This document shows, piece after piece, positions 54,701 to 63,975 of a stretch of 64,000 nt of DNA. Numbering within the stretch: position 1 is the first letter of the stretch; each line of letters opens with the position of its first letter. Position numbers and translations under genes: made by a program. The stretch is from a virus (Duplodnaviria > Caudoviricetes). The notes below the pieces were generated by a model. It worked only from the letters and a program-made list of their open reading frames with translations. It searched no databases and was not told the DNA's origin. Location of the stretch: the IMG/VR virus record IMGVR_UViG_3300011116_001229; one strand, 5' to 3'.

Positions 54701-55492
54701 AAAGACAAGGTTGAAGTCTTGAAGCTCACCTTTGACATGATCGACTCGCTTAATAAGGTGATGAAGAGCTTCTCCAAGGGCGAAGGAAAAGATGCCAAGA
54801 TAGACATCAATCCTAAGCTAATTGTAGAAAATCTTAATAAGCTAGTAGATATAGTCAATGAGCTTTCAGCAAGTGAATCAATTAAAAAATTACCAACAAG
54901 CTTGGCAGGATTAGCGCCGCTAGGCAAGCAAAAAGAAAATATTACTAGTGTAGATCAAGCATTCAAGGGACTTGAAGCTCTGACCAAGACGCTTAATGAC
55001 AACAAAGTTCAAGATGTCTCAAGCGTCGCAGTAACACTCAAGACAAATGTCGAGAAGCTTAACACGTCGCTTAACGATATATTGACCCCTGCCTCGACTC
55101 TATCAACAACAATCTCTAAAGTCACGACAGACTTCAAAGTTACAACACTTCAAAAATCTCTCACAGAGCTCGGCAGCATCGTCAAGGCTGTTCAACAATT
55201 AGATTCTGCGCTTGGATCTTTAGGCAACATTAACTTGCAGTCTAGAATGACAGCTATTGCGGGCTCAGCAGGTTTAGGGTCCGCTGGAATCTATACAGTG
55301 AAGAGCAAGGATGTTGTTGTGCAGATAACACTTAATGTGACGATGGAAGCCGGAGCAGTTGAGAGAGCCATCATTTCTGATTCAAAGTCTGAGATAAAAC
55401 GCATTGTCAATTATCACTCTGATAAATTAGGCACGTCTGCCGAAGATCTCAAGGGTGATGGTTATAATCACAATGACTACCAATTAAAGTAA
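48800..55492 (+). CDS. Tape measure protein
   Basis: 2230 aa, A/L/G/M-rich helical with hydrophobic repeats; downstream of tube and chaperone, upstream of baseplate genes; AGGA RBS. Confidence 0.85.
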   Translation: MAEGGGGKGGSGPNPKEVSAVNSVLQQQLAIMNQLKDAIASMTTQMSEFCEVSDKCFSSDKWQQVTKQAQAYSSQTKTSTQSTGQLAKKAKELSTNFSKLAPTIGGVAGGLAGLKQGFASFVASLKGGINVIKSAASAIFDLGRSVISVPFKMMKGLINMANQGGGGGGGLAEAMEELRKEFGFLGPTSAAVTDVAKNMQGFSDTGLSAIRVFGMAADRIKYMTALAKEMGPQFAANAEEFRRNGGAILAYQKGLGLTGEHLSALAIKAKLMGEDMSSTLNGITKQALHMSKAFGLDAKVISRDMGKAMADVSHFGHLTTQQLSSAVVYANKLGVSIDKLTGLMDQFDTFDKAAESTASLNEQFGTNIDAMELMAAQSPAEKMEMLRKSFQATGKDMSQLSFQERKLIQQKTGLDQATFDAAMAQDAQADILGDINKESKKAEDSTLKQADAMKQLAVQIERVVQSGGGGSPGGSFLEAFTRGFTEGITKTREFQRVMINIRRSLFEVGRMGFNLGQLFVKGFPGVKQILDGLGDLFDPARFRKLSGEVLKIFKGFQNGSIKSFDELMSKLKTAFFDFFKAGTPAYEKIIGGFKNFFTALIKIVSQMIIWIADHIEGAIKSLIESLKNAKSPGMGTFTKMFKPLIDAAMHVFEKLGPLVLPLLLALGKKIFEVLTSEQFLTFLKKAGPILALVMFGPSLLKSLTGALTGTLAAAASDAVRNAFLGPGSKKISEMTGKQFSELMSKATPPPAPAGAGGPIIPPGTPSPAETANAQATGSIIDSSLIIKLLLALAAIITIGLVAFYAASKMVKNMSREQIENTLLTLAGIGIAIIPAAIAMKLVSGQSPASILAAIPALIALGLVIPMMAALGVEIAKSLAGVPLGDILSALALILGMSVALIPASMALAKLAGVGGVVTGAAPLILVALAALGLLVPAMGLLGIKLAEMAARIELSSILKAIILLAGMSGALLAASAALAGLAAVGPLAGLVGVAIIGLAAVGLIAVAMFELAPELADASSSIPLPKILKALAILGLMAVAVVEVAVGMALLVAAGALSILMPVILMGLSAVQKVGVGLIDMSRVLVESGQGFKPTKLGPIMGALALMAVTIAEVIPNMILLAAAGALTPLYPVILLGMIGVEEVATSLLKAAPQLAAAGAGIKAAAIASAMGIMALMAVAIAQSIGSMLLLVAAAPLTLLAPIIILGMIGVSAVAAALLKAAPKLAEAASGIDAGAVANAMGIMALMSLAIVQAIGNMLLLVAAAPFALIYKIIGLGLKAVTWTGEGLLNMGKTIAEKAAGISASSVIDAMGVLGIIALQVIELAAIAALLTALGALIVTWPIIKLGMKLMTWTAELLAEKVPSIVESAKKIGSSGLAEAMPGIENFGKALDQFVKIMDAVASLSQMAEGPIKAMDFSWRDTAADKAKALDSLKGVMDTMMTGVTNILNIVLKMVQEVGASSEALEGAKSIVEILAAVGKIAEAMKPSPQFFDAVKAADNDDVKETMTEGLAGLTTFIKEASTQIQAILGVISEKLIPAIGGMSPQQLEAAQHLAPLIEAVGKVISAMQPPDNVMEVIQEASGNFLKIKIIMDGVSSYLTAMAPAIGTLLDNLAKYIPELVRKVVGVGLSPEQMDALQALAPLLSSIGTLVGSLLTPMAEIMSKADVDFSDAEEVAKVLGNIDMMFAKMQGALDKILDKGGPMQKLIDLVKGVTPEAAEAASKLSGVINAVGSLAKGLLPPPEVLKAIQDAAADEKKLTSLMTSIEKIASILSDNVGKLMGSLSGMVTSLASVSVTPDQVKLMEVLAPILGSATKLISDLIANVTKKGPPKAEEMGPLQDFLDKSVVAIKQVFDSMSQTATDMVRSVAEAIKDLSKTGLKPEALKSGMESLKSAFDIITSVSNVMKDISAMATKTDPKGAVSFDASGYGVLLEKVDELISAIFEGDASILQKISAGLQKLPADFGKQKDKVEVLKLTFDMIDSLNKVMKSFSKGEGKDAKIDINPKLIVENLNKLVDIVNELSASESIKKLPTSLAGLAPLGKQKENITSVDQAFKGLEALTKTLNDNKVQDVSSVAVTLKTNVEKLNTSLNDILTPASTLSTTISKVTTDFKVTTLQKSLTELGSIVKAVQQLDSALGSLGNINLQSRMTAIAGSAGLGSAGIYTVKSKDVVVQITLNVTMEAGAVERAIISDSKSEIKRIVNYHSDKLGTSAEDLKGDGYNHNDYQLK
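51671..52930 (+). repeat. Six 70-aa (210-nt) repeats in the tape measure protein
   Basis: Equivalent positions at 51671 (LKAII), 51881 (LKALA), 52091 (GPIMG), 52301 (ASAMG), 52511 (ANAMG), 52721 (IDAMG). Confidence 0.75.
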
Positions 55493-55501
55493 TATAGACT
55501 T

Positions 55502-55762
55502 ATGATCAATAAAGAAGAATTTTTAAAGAGTCTTTACTCACACGAAGCAATGAGAGCTGCATTTGGGCAGGTCAAGACAAGCAAAGAGACAAATCAGATT
55601 AAAGCTTGCATAGACGAAGTCATTGGAAAATTTTATGACAGCGTCGCTGAAGCTTATGCACCTGTCCAAAAAAATCCCGACATGTTTAAGAATGTGGTCA
55701 CAGAAGAAGAGTCAAGCTTAATTAACTATGAAGAGTCGATTAAAGTGACTAAAGACAAATGA
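55502..55762 (+). CDS. Hypothetical protein
   Basis: 86 aa, ATGA overlap with the next gene. Confidence 0.65.
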   Translation: MINKEEFLKSLYSHEAMRAAFGQVKTSKETNQIKACIDEVIGKFYDSVAEAYAPVQKNPDMFKNVVTEEESSLINYEESIKVTKDK

Positions 55763-58700
55763 CCGACAAGAAGCTTGACACAGGTACGGGTGGAATCAAT
55801 ATAGACGGTAAAGTCTATACGTACGATGTTGGTGTTGAAAGAGAAGTCGGAGACGATGGCCCCTGGTCGGGTGGAGATGTCAAGGTTGACACACAGGCAC
55901 GAGATGTGTCTAAAGGTACGCGTCGCACTCTAGCGCAGTATTTGAGCGACACGACATTGGGAAAGACTGATTCTGTTCCACAGCAAGCAGGGTCTAAGGG
56001 AAACAGATTCGTCATTCCCATGCAACCTGACGGTAATCCTGGCACGCTCTTCACGACTGTTGACGGAAACCCTGTAGGTCCTCAGCCCACACCCTCCAGC
56101 GCTTTTGAACCCAATCTTAGCGATCCGAACCGCGATGCTCGTCCAAACTTACCCATAGCAAATCTATCAGAGGAAAAAGTCTCACGCGGAATGATCAGAA
56201 GCACGCTGAAGAATGATGATGCTGATAATGCTACAGCTAATCAAGCGGCTGGAATTGACGGCAACAATTTATTAAAATTTGACCTAGAGTCAAATATTGT
56301 TCTGCGCCGCGGTTTGACGCTAGCTTATGAAGGCAAAAAGATAAAAGATGATCATCCTGTTGCTACTTACAGTAGTTCTCTTATCAAGAACAGATGGAAC
56401 ACAAGCAATCGATTCGGAAGTACACCAACAGAAGATACTCTTAGAAATAGACCGCTCGCTGCCATAAAATATGAATTGGGTGCGTCATATTCACCCGAAC
56501 GTTATCTGACTGATCCAAATCTAAAGACTGTTTCACATGCTCAACTTGCTGGTGTTGCCAATACACTTATGGCACGCGCGAGCACAGAATTAACTGCAAC
56601 TGATGAAAATTTTGATCCTGCAAATGCAGGGTTTCAAACTGCTGCATCGCTACTGCCGGGCTTTGGTCAGTTAGGTGCCGCGAGAGTTTCTGAGCTTGTT
56701 TTGCAAGCTAAAGATGTTTTAGAAAATATGGATCTCACGGAGACTGACGGAGATGAAAAATCTCCTGGTATTGATGCAGCTAATATTACTAGCATAGCTC
56801 CTGGAATCACATCCGCGCTTACATTTGATGCTCCGCTTCAATCGTGGGGTGCACTTAACAATCCCTTTGATGTGTACACAGGCCTGGGTGCTTTGGGAAT
56901 GCAGATTCTTTCAATTGCATTTGTCATCGCGATTACCATAATTCCGTCGGCGTTAAACATTAATTTGGATGCTAAACCACCTGGTGGAGAATTAGATGAA
57001 TATTCTAGAATGCCCATAGGTCGCTACAAACAAACAGGCAAGCCTATTCCTAATCTTTCTGCAGGTTACTTAATTTCGGGACTCGCGACCGGTTCTATTA
57101 GTTGGGCTACCATTCTTGGATTTGGAGAGACTTCTTTTCCCCTAAGCAGATGCATTGCTATTGGTATACTCGCTTTCTTTGGTCTCTACAAGCCCATTCT
57201 TGGTAAAACCCCGGAAGAAACTCAAGTTTCTGTAAAGCAGTCGCTCTTAGGCGCGCTTACATTGAGCGGCACAGAAGCATACGTCATATTTTCAAGATCA
57301 ATTATTCGATCATTCTTGCTCTTAGTTGATGAAATTATTAAAATAGGCAGGGCTTTCGCTAATCCCACTGCAGGAATCCAACAGCTGCTTGGCTTTATTG
57401 AATTTTTTAGATCTTCAAAGATAATGAGATTCCTCAACACCTGCGGTCTACTAGGAGATCAAATGCTCTTGATTGATCTACGGAATACTGACGAAAAATC
57501 AAAGGGATTCGGGCCTAGATCTTCATCGGTTGATGCGAAAAGCATAACAGGAGATTCTGCGTATAGAAAGTCAAGACTAATAGAATTAGGTTCTGCGGCT
57601 TCAGAAAACGGAAACGCCGGAATTTCAGGTGTCAAAGGTTCAGCTGATTCTGCAGGAGGCTCTGCAAAGAATTTGCGTCATGCCTGGTCTTCATTTAGAT
57701 CACCTGACATGTTGATCTTGCCAAAAAACTTACTTGCAGTCTCGCTCGTAGACCAAGAGCTCGGTGCACCGAGGCTGTTGCCCAACATTGAAGAAGACGA
57801 AAGAGTTGGCACAAGAAACGGATCATCAACATCACTCAAGCTTCGAGGCGGCGTTTACTCGGTAGCCGATACTAATGAGAGAATTAGCTCTGATGATAGG
57901 AAATATTTTGAAGGTGTTCTTGACGCTGAATACATGCCATTTTATTTTCATGACGTAAGAACGAATGAAATAGTTAGCTTTCATGCATTTTTAGCAAGCT
58001 TAGGAGATAGCTACACAGCAGGTTATGATTCAACCGACGCATTTGGTCGTGTAGAGCCTGTCAAAACTTATAAGAACACAGTAAGAAAAATTGATGTAAG
58101 CTTTCACATTGCAGCAATGAGCCCAGAAGACTTTGATTATATGTGGCTTAAAATCAACAAGCTAACGACCTTGGTATATCCTCAGTTCACACCTGGAAAG
58201 CTTGCAACGACACCGAACTATAGCGTGAGTATTCCATTTAGCCAACAAATTGCAGCTGCACCGCTTGTTAGACTTCGAATTGGTGACCTTATACAAAGCA
58301 ATTATTCAAGATTTAATCTTGCTAGACTTTTTGGTTACACATACGGTAGCGATGAGTACACTGATGAATCAGGTAGGCCAAAAGGTGCAAAGGGAGCAGA
58401 TCTCGGTACAATTAAAGTGCCAGAAAATTTTAGAGAACTTATTGCGTCTGCAAAGACCACTGGAAATACCTTCACATCTCACGGAGAATTAAATTTTACT
58501 TCGTTTGAAAAGCCGGACTCATGTCTGAGAACGTTCAGTGGGACGCCGAAATATCTAAGACTAAAAATAAATAAAGTTGACGGTGTTAAAGCTGAATGCA
58601 CTGTAGAAGTAAATCAAGATATCTTAGAAAAAATAAAAGAACCCGCCAGATCTAGTGTAAAGACTTCGGTTGAGAAATCTTATGGTTCTCCTGATGACCC

Positions 58701-59106
58701 AAGATCTTCTATCATTGGTAAAAAGTGTATAGTGCACCTAGATGATTTAATTCCTACTGACGAGACTTACAAGAAAGTCTTTGATAAGCAGCCTGACTTG
58801 CAAAAAGTAGCAAATTATCAAGCTGCAGTTCAAAATTTTATGCGCCCCGAGGTGAATTCTGTCGTCAGATCTTTTGAGTCCTCAGGAGGTAGAGGTATGC
58901 CAGGTTTCATCGAAACCATGAGTTTTGACTGGTATAGCGGAGTAACTTGGGAAGAGGATTCCAATCGCGGCCGCGCACCAAAAATGTGCAAAGTAACGAT
59001 GTCATTCTCGCCGTTCCATGACATCACCCCAGGTCTTGACTCACGAGGCGCAAATAGAGCACCCATCTATCCAATAGGGCCGCACGCTCCCAAGAAACGA
59101 GTTTAA
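55759..59106 (+). CDS. Baseplate protein with C-terminal tube-initiator-like domain
   Basis: FHAFLASLGDSY...GRVEPVKTYKNTVRKIDVSF...KINKLTTLVYPQ...PLVRLRIGD...GFIETMSFDW...KVTMSF resembles gp48/gp54-type tube-fold baseplate proteins. Confidence 0.6.
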   Translation: MTDKKLDTGTGGINIDGKVYTYDVGVEREVGDDGPWSGGDVKVDTQARDVSKGTRRTLAQYLSDTTLGKTDSVPQQAGSKGNRFVIPMQPDGNPGTLFTTVDGNPVGPQPTPSSAFEPNLSDPNRDARPNLPIANLSEEKVSRGMIRSTLKNDDADNATANQAAGIDGNNLLKFDLESNIVLRRGLTLAYEGKKIKDDHPVATYSSSLIKNRWNTSNRFGSTPTEDTLRNRPLAAIKYELGASYSPERYLTDPNLKTVSHAQLAGVANTLMARASTELTATDENFDPANAGFQTAASLLPGFGQLGAARVSELVLQAKDVLENMDLTETDGDEKSPGIDAANITSIAPGITSALTFDAPLQSWGALNNPFDVYTGLGALGMQILSIAFVIAITIIPSALNINLDAKPPGGELDEYSRMPIGRYKQTGKPIPNLSAGYLISGLATGSISWATILGFGETSFPLSRCIAIGILAFFGLYKPILGKTPEETQVSVKQSLLGALTLSGTEAYVIFSRSIIRSFLLLVDEIIKIGRAFANPTAGIQQLLGFIEFFRSSKIMRFLNTCGLLGDQMLLIDLRNTDEKSKGFGPRSSSVDAKSITGDSAYRKSRLIELGSAASENGNAGISGVKGSADSAGGSAKNLRHAWSSFRSPDMLILPKNLLAVSLVDQELGAPRLLPNIEEDERVGTRNGSSTSLKLRGGVYSVADTNERISSDDRKYFEGVLDAEYMPFYFHDVRTNEIVSFHAFLASLGDSYTAGYDSTDAFGRVEPVKTYKNTVRKIDVSFHIAAMSPEDFDYMWLKINKLTTLVYPQFTPGKLATTPNYSVSIPFSQQIAAAPLVRLRIGDLIQSNYSRFNLARLFGYTYGSDEYTDESGRPKGAKGADLGTIKVPENFRELIASAKTTGNTFTSHGELNFTSFEKPDSCLRTFSGTPKYLRLKINKVDGVKAECTVEVNQDILEKIKEPARSSVKTSVEKSYGSPDDPRSSIIGKKCIVHLDDLIPTDETYKKVFDKQPDLQKVANYQAAVQNFMRPEVNSVVRSFESSGGRGMPGFIETMSFDWYSGVTWEEDSNRGRAPKMCKVTMSFSPFHDITPGLDSRGANRAPIYPIGPHAPKKRV

Positions 59107-59126
59107 ACTTTTAAAGGATACAAGCT

Positions 59127-59426
59127 ATGGCCTTATTCGGAAGATATGATGCTAGTAACAAGATAGATAGAGGAAATCAGCAGGGGACATCTTTCACTAT
59201 ATCAAGAATACGTCAAGGCATAAAGAACGGATCAATACCTCTAGTCGGACAAATTGTCGCAACCGGCGCAGATAGACTCGACACACTCGCAGGAACTGTA
59301 TATGGGGATGCCAGATATTGGTGGGTCTTAGCAGCTGCGTCTGATATCGGTTGGGGTTTACAAGTACCGCCTGGCACACTAATCAACATTATTGATCTAC
59401 GACGCATAGAGGAGATATCGTCCTAA
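59127..59426 (+). CDS. LysM-like baseplate wedge protein (gp53/gpX-like)
   Basis: GADRLDTLAGTVYGDARYWWVLAAASDI...VPPGTLINI. Confidence 0.75.
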   Translation: MALFGRYDASNKIDRGNQQGTSFTISRIRQGIKNGSIPLVGQIVATGADRLDTLAGTVYGDARYWWVLAAASDIGWGLQVPPGTLINIIDLRRIEEISS

Positions 59427-62400
59427 TGCTCGAAAAAGACGACCCTAGGTTTTTAACGGACTTGATGGATCTACTCTCTCCCAGAGGCGTAGGTACAACT
59501 GCTAAAAGTAGCCCTTCACTTGATAACATGCCAATTGATGAGCGTGTTAGAGTTCTTCTCGTTGACAAGACGAAAACGTTCGATCAAATTAAAAAAGAAG
59601 TTGAAAATTATTACACAGCAAAAAAAACTAATCAGGCTACACCCGCCGAGCAAGACTCTGATGCAGATCTTCCAAATAATTTTCATGGCATATCAACTAA
59701 AGACCCATTTCCCATCTGCGAAAAGAAAGGGTTTAAGGACTCGAAATATTGGTTACAGAATGCTCCTAAGAACTTATCAACTCCGAGCACTCTGACAAAA
59801 GCTATCTTTGGTGATATTTTTGATGACACAAAGTGCACCGTATCAATTTTTGTTTCAACAGATCCGTATCTGAGTCCTGCTGCAGCGGCAACTGAAGATG
59901 TAGAGCTATTTTTAAATTATACACCGCCAATTGTTGCCAACCAGATGATACCTTATCTTGAAGTAGAATTTGCATCTAATAAGGCGCACAATAACGATCC
60001 TTCGTTCAATCACTTAAGCACCCCATCACTACTGAGATTTTTGCTCGGTTCTGTGCCGTGGTTTGATGCCAAGTCTGACGGGCCTGGGAGTCTTGCTCAA
60101 GGATTTAGCGCTGCAGATTCTGCGCTAATAACAGTCAAGCAAGGCGAAACCAATGCAAAGGGTCAAGCAACGAGTGAAGTAATTTCTGGCATGGAATTAT
60201 TCTTATCACCTCAATCTTTGACGAATGTCGAGACCATTAAGTCATCAAAGACAAGATTGATGAATGTTAAACCTTTTATACCCTTTGCATCAATAAACAA
60301 TTTTGAAGTTCAAATTTTAAATGCAGGTGCCGGTGCAATGGCACACAAGAAGGGAAAGCTAACTTTGACTGTGCACGATAAGTCTAGAATTTCTGAAATG
60401 TCAGAGTTCTTTAGAGGACCTGCGGGTTATGCAACTTTAAAAGTTTGGACATCATATGGTTGGATAGCGCCGCGGCGCCCTGACAGTGAAATTGACTCAT
60501 ACGCAAAATTTATCAACGAGACGATGCATGCAGAAGATTGCTGGCAGGTTATGAACACACAGTTTAGCTTTGATCAAGCTGGTAAAGTTTCTATCACGCT
60601 TGACCTGGTTGGTTTCGGTGTATCGCAGGCAAAAAGAACTGCCATAACAGTTGCTAAGGGTTACCAAGCCTTCGTCAATGGATTTAATGATACCCTGGAA
60701 GAGATTCAAGAAGCAGCTAAAGACATTATGAAACTTCCGCTTGGTCCTGATGCAAGAATAACCCAGGTGCTAAATGCTGCATCTTCAGGTGGAATGTTGC
60801 CGGCCGACCTAAAGCCTGAACAGTTCGAAGACGTCATGAAATCAGTCAGTGTCTATGCGCAGACAGCAGGTCTTTCGACTGACGAAACAGATAAATTAGT
60901 CGCAAAGATAAGAAATGTCTTGGATCCAAAAAAGTATAAAGCTGGTCTGGCACGTGAAAGAGCCAACTCATTAAAATCCTTGCTCACAGAGATCAAAGGT
61001 TACGATCCCTTTATTGCGGGCCCAGCTAACGCAAATAACCTGCCAGCTTTAGAACAATTCTTTAATCCTGAGCTTATTAAAGAAATAGATTTTTTCTACA
61101 CTTTGCCTTTACCACCTACTGAAGAGGAAAAGAAAACACCCCCTGCAGACAATAAGAAAGACGAAAAGGAAATACCCAGACCAGTTATCAGCATTGACAA
61201 AGATAAAAAAGTGATATCTTTTGGAAAGCTTTTTTGTGCTGTTGCTGTGCCTGCTATATTAGAAGCGAATAGAAACTCTCTCAAGTCAAACCAAAAGTCA
61301 GAATTGCAAATAATGTTCTATGCTCTAAACGATCAGTGTGGTCCTGTCAGCGGACAAAGCGTCGCCGAATTCCCAATAGACGTTGAGAGACTTGCTTATG
61401 CTCTTGACGATACCATCAGAGCAAAATCAAAGACATCTGATTTAACAATTGAAGAGTTTCTAAAAGTAGTTATTAATAGCCAGTTCACAGATGACAGAGC
61501 GATTGGCTACGGTATGCTGAGTAAGAACTTGTTTGCACCATTCGATAAAGATAAACCGGGTGCTGCAAAGGCAGAAAAGAACAAAGAATATGAGTCCAAG
61601 ATGGCAGAATGGCAGTCACAGTATCCTGTATTCGCAAAGCCCGTCATAGAGATGCTAATTGAGACCAGCAAAGTTGAAAAGAATACAGCAACCAGAATAC
61701 ACGAGCTGACAAATAAGAACAGAAAAGATTCAACAGATGAATCCATAATGAGAGTCCACATCTACGACAAACAGAATAACCCAAGAAAGCTCTTTACACA
61801 AGTTGCATCTTTGTCTGGTAAACTATTTGTCGGCTCTTTTGATGACCGAGAACTTCGTCGAAAATTAAGCAAAAAATCATTAACTAAAGAACAACTACAG
61901 GCTCTAGTGAATGACATCAGAAAAGATCGTAATAGCGGTGAAGCTGCTGCTGCAGCAGCAACAGGTTTAACTTTAAAAGGCCCAGCTGGTGAAGACTCTG
62001 GAATTCCAATTGAAGCAAAATTATTTGGTGAGGGTGGTGTGAGAGAGAATCTAAGAAAGCTAGCACCCACCCTAGAGATCGGCACCAATGGAACTCTAAT
62101 AAAATCTGCGAACCTTCAGTCTAAGACGGATGACTTGATGGCAGCTGCCAACTTGGTCAACATAATGAAATCTAGTGGTAAAGGCAGTAATAACTCCACT
62201 GATCCACCTGGAACAGGTCTAGAGGGCCCAGGCGGTTTGCCTCTCAGAACTGTCCCTGCATCTTTGAGCATGACAATGATGGGATGCCCTGCCGCTAGAC
62301 TATATCAGCAGTATTTCGTCGATCTAGGAACGGGAACTTCTCTAGACAATCTCTACACTTGCACTCAGGTAACGCACAAGATCGATCCGGGAAAGTTTGA

Positions 62401-62707
62401 GACTTCTATGACATTCGCATTCTCTGACGGCTACGGTAAGTACTCTTCGCCTCCCACAATTGCATCCATTTTGACTAATGCTGCTAAGCAGCTAAAGAGA
62501 GCAGAAGAAGCAGCAAATCAGCCAAAACCACCGAACTCTCCAAAGGCGACCACTGCAGGAAAGGGTGCCAAGTCAACATCTCCAGCAACTAAAGCCGGAG
62601 GAAACAAGGCTCCCCAAAATATAGCCCCAGAGAATCCACCTCGTCCACCCGCTAGAGAAACTACATCACCAGATCCCCTGCCAGGAAAGCACCCGTTTGC
62701 TTCTTGA
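59426..62707 (+). CDS. Baseplate hub protein (gp27/gpD-like)
   Basis: TAATG-coupled to the LysM gene; C-terminal SMTMMGCP...YQQYFVD.GT...DNLYTCTQVTHKIDPGKFETSMTF; P-rich tail. Confidence 0.6.
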   Translation: MLEKDDPRFLTDLMDLLSPRGVGTTAKSSPSLDNMPIDERVRVLLVDKTKTFDQIKKEVENYYTAKKTNQATPAEQDSDADLPNNFHGISTKDPFPICEKKGFKDSKYWLQNAPKNLSTPSTLTKAIFGDIFDDTKCTVSIFVSTDPYLSPAAAATEDVELFLNYTPPIVANQMIPYLEVEFASNKAHNNDPSFNHLSTPSLLRFLLGSVPWFDAKSDGPGSLAQGFSAADSALITVKQGETNAKGQATSEVISGMELFLSPQSLTNVETIKSSKTRLMNVKPFIPFASINNFEVQILNAGAGAMAHKKGKLTLTVHDKSRISEMSEFFRGPAGYATLKVWTSYGWIAPRRPDSEIDSYAKFINETMHAEDCWQVMNTQFSFDQAGKVSITLDLVGFGVSQAKRTAITVAKGYQAFVNGFNDTLEEIQEAAKDIMKLPLGPDARITQVLNAASSGGMLPADLKPEQFEDVMKSVSVYAQTAGLSTDETDKLVAKIRNVLDPKKYKAGLARERANSLKSLLTEIKGYDPFIAGPANANNLPALEQFFNPELIKEIDFFYTLPLPPTEEEKKTPPADNKKDEKEIPRPVISIDKDKKVISFGKLFCAVAVPAILEANRNSLKSNQKSELQIMFYALNDQCGPVSGQSVAEFPIDVERLAYALDDTIRAKSKTSDLTIEEFLKVVINSQFTDDRAIGYGMLSKNLFAPFDKDKPGAAKAEKNKEYESKMAEWQSQYPVFAKPVIEMLIETSKVEKNTATRIHELTNKNRKDSTDESIMRVHIYDKQNNPRKLFTQVASLSGKLFVGSFDDRELRRKLSKKSLTKEQLQALVNDIRKDRNSGEAAAAAATGLTLKGPAGEDSGIPIEAKLFGEGGVRENLRKLAPTLEIGTNGTLIKSANLQSKTDDLMAAANLVNIMKSSGKGSNNSTDPPGTGLEGPGGLPLRTVPASLSMTMMGCPAARLYQQYFVDLGTGTSLDNLYTCTQVTHKIDPGKFETSMTFAFSDGYGKYSSPPTIASILTNAAKQLKRAEEAANQPKPPNSPKATTAGKGAKSTSPATKAGGNKAPQNIAPENPPRPPARETTSPDPLPGKHPFAS

Positions 62708-62739
62708 TCCATTTGCACATTTGTGTCGCTGCAGTGTAG

Positions 62740-63942
62740 ATGTTGACTGTGTCGTATTGCATTGACAGGTCGTATCTCGGCTCTAATGAAAATTTTTGTA
62801 AGAATCCAGAAGGATTCTTTTGGTCAGGCTCGCGTCCTCGACAGAGTTGGCTGCTCACGGGGAAACATAAAAGCAAAGACAGGTGTCTAGACACGCTGCT
62901 CACACTCAGCCAGATTGATCTTCCCAAGATCCCCGACAGGTACGTCGCAGTCATGGACCAGCTGGTTACAGGGTCTAACGTGCAGATTCCATGGCAGCAC
63001 GTTCTTCCTCGGAGCATATACGAAAATTACTTTAAAAATACGGTTAAGGTAATTGAAGACTCTTTTTCTGAATTACCATTTGATTACTATGAGACCGCGT
63101 GGACACAGGGCACTGATTTGCTTTCGTCACTCAAGCCAGCAAAGATCGACGTCGAAGCATGGAATAGACACCTAGATGAAGCAAACGTCAATGCTGCTGT
63201 TCTTGCTTCTTTCAAGCCCGACCCTCGAGGTTTTGCTGATGTACCCACTTATAACCGCTTTGGCACACGCACGGGACGTCTCACTGTGTCTGATGGGCCT
63301 AATATTCTCACGCTCAAGAGGGAACACAGAGCTATTTTGCGCTCTTCTTTCAGCGATGGTTTTATCTGTTCACTGGACTTTAGAGCCCTTGAGCCCCGCA
63401 TCGTCCTTGCGGAAGCTGGACGCAGCAGTGATGCTGAAGACATCTATGGTGAGCTCGCAGAGAAGATCTTTGGAGATCGATCAAACAGAGACGCTGTGAA
63501 GGTTGCTGTCATCTCTGAGCTGTATGGTGCTGCAAAAGAGTCTCTTCGTGCACGCCTAGGAATATCGCAAGCGAAGATTGATGCATTCGTGCGCGGCATC
63601 AACGACTTCTTTAAGCTCGAAGACCTCAGAGCGAGGTTATCAGTTCAAGCATCATCTGGGAAGATCATCAATCGCTTTGGGAGACCGCTTCAAGTCGACC
63701 CAAGCGCAAAGAACTTATTCATCAATACCTACGTGCAGAGTACCGGTGTGGACGTCTCCCTGTTTGGATTCGATATTATTTTACAAAAGCTTGGCATTGA
63801 TGGTGTGCGACCCCTCTACGTGCTCCATGACGCGCTAATCCTTGACGTGCGAGGTGATAGACTACAAGATGTTTCAGAGTTGTCATCATTAAAAGTCCCT
63901 TCTTACGACGTGTCATTTCCGGTAAAGTTTGAGAAATTATGA
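62740..63942 (+). CDS. Family A DNA polymerase, polymerase domain only
   Basis: TRTGRL...PNILTL, motif A SLDFRALEPR, motif B RDAVKVAVISELYG, NTYVQSTGVD, motif C LHDALILD; exact start uncertain. Confidence 0.8.
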   Translation: MLTVSYCIDRSYLGSNENFCKNPEGFFWSGSRPRQSWLLTGKHKSKDRCLDTLLTLSQIDLPKIPDRYVAVMDQLVTGSNVQIPWQHVLPRSIYENYFKNTVKVIEDSFSELPFDYYETAWTQGTDLLSSLKPAKIDVEAWNRHLDEANVNAAVLASFKPDPRGFADVPTYNRFGTRTGRLTVSDGPNILTLKREHRAILRSSFSDGFICSLDFRALEPRIVLAEAGRSSDAEDIYGELAEKIFGDRSNRDAVKVAVISELYGAAKESLRARLGISQAKIDAFVRGINDFFKLEDLRARLSVQASSGKIINRFGRPLQVDPSAKNLFINTYVQSTGVDVSLFGFDIILQKLGIDGVRPLYVLHDALILDVRGDRLQDVSELSSLKVPSYDVSFPVKFEKL

Positions 63943-63975
63943 ACATTATGATTTATCTAGTTTATTGTTGGTTGT

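Noticed and set aside
49051-54927. Many minus-strand ORFs within the tape measure gene
   Set aside because: Expected antisense shadows of an Ala-rich repetitive gene.
34844-62707. Tail block as a tailocin or extracellular contractile injection system
   Set aside because: Linked to terminase, portal, protease, scaffold, capsid and neck genes, so it is a complete phage virion module.
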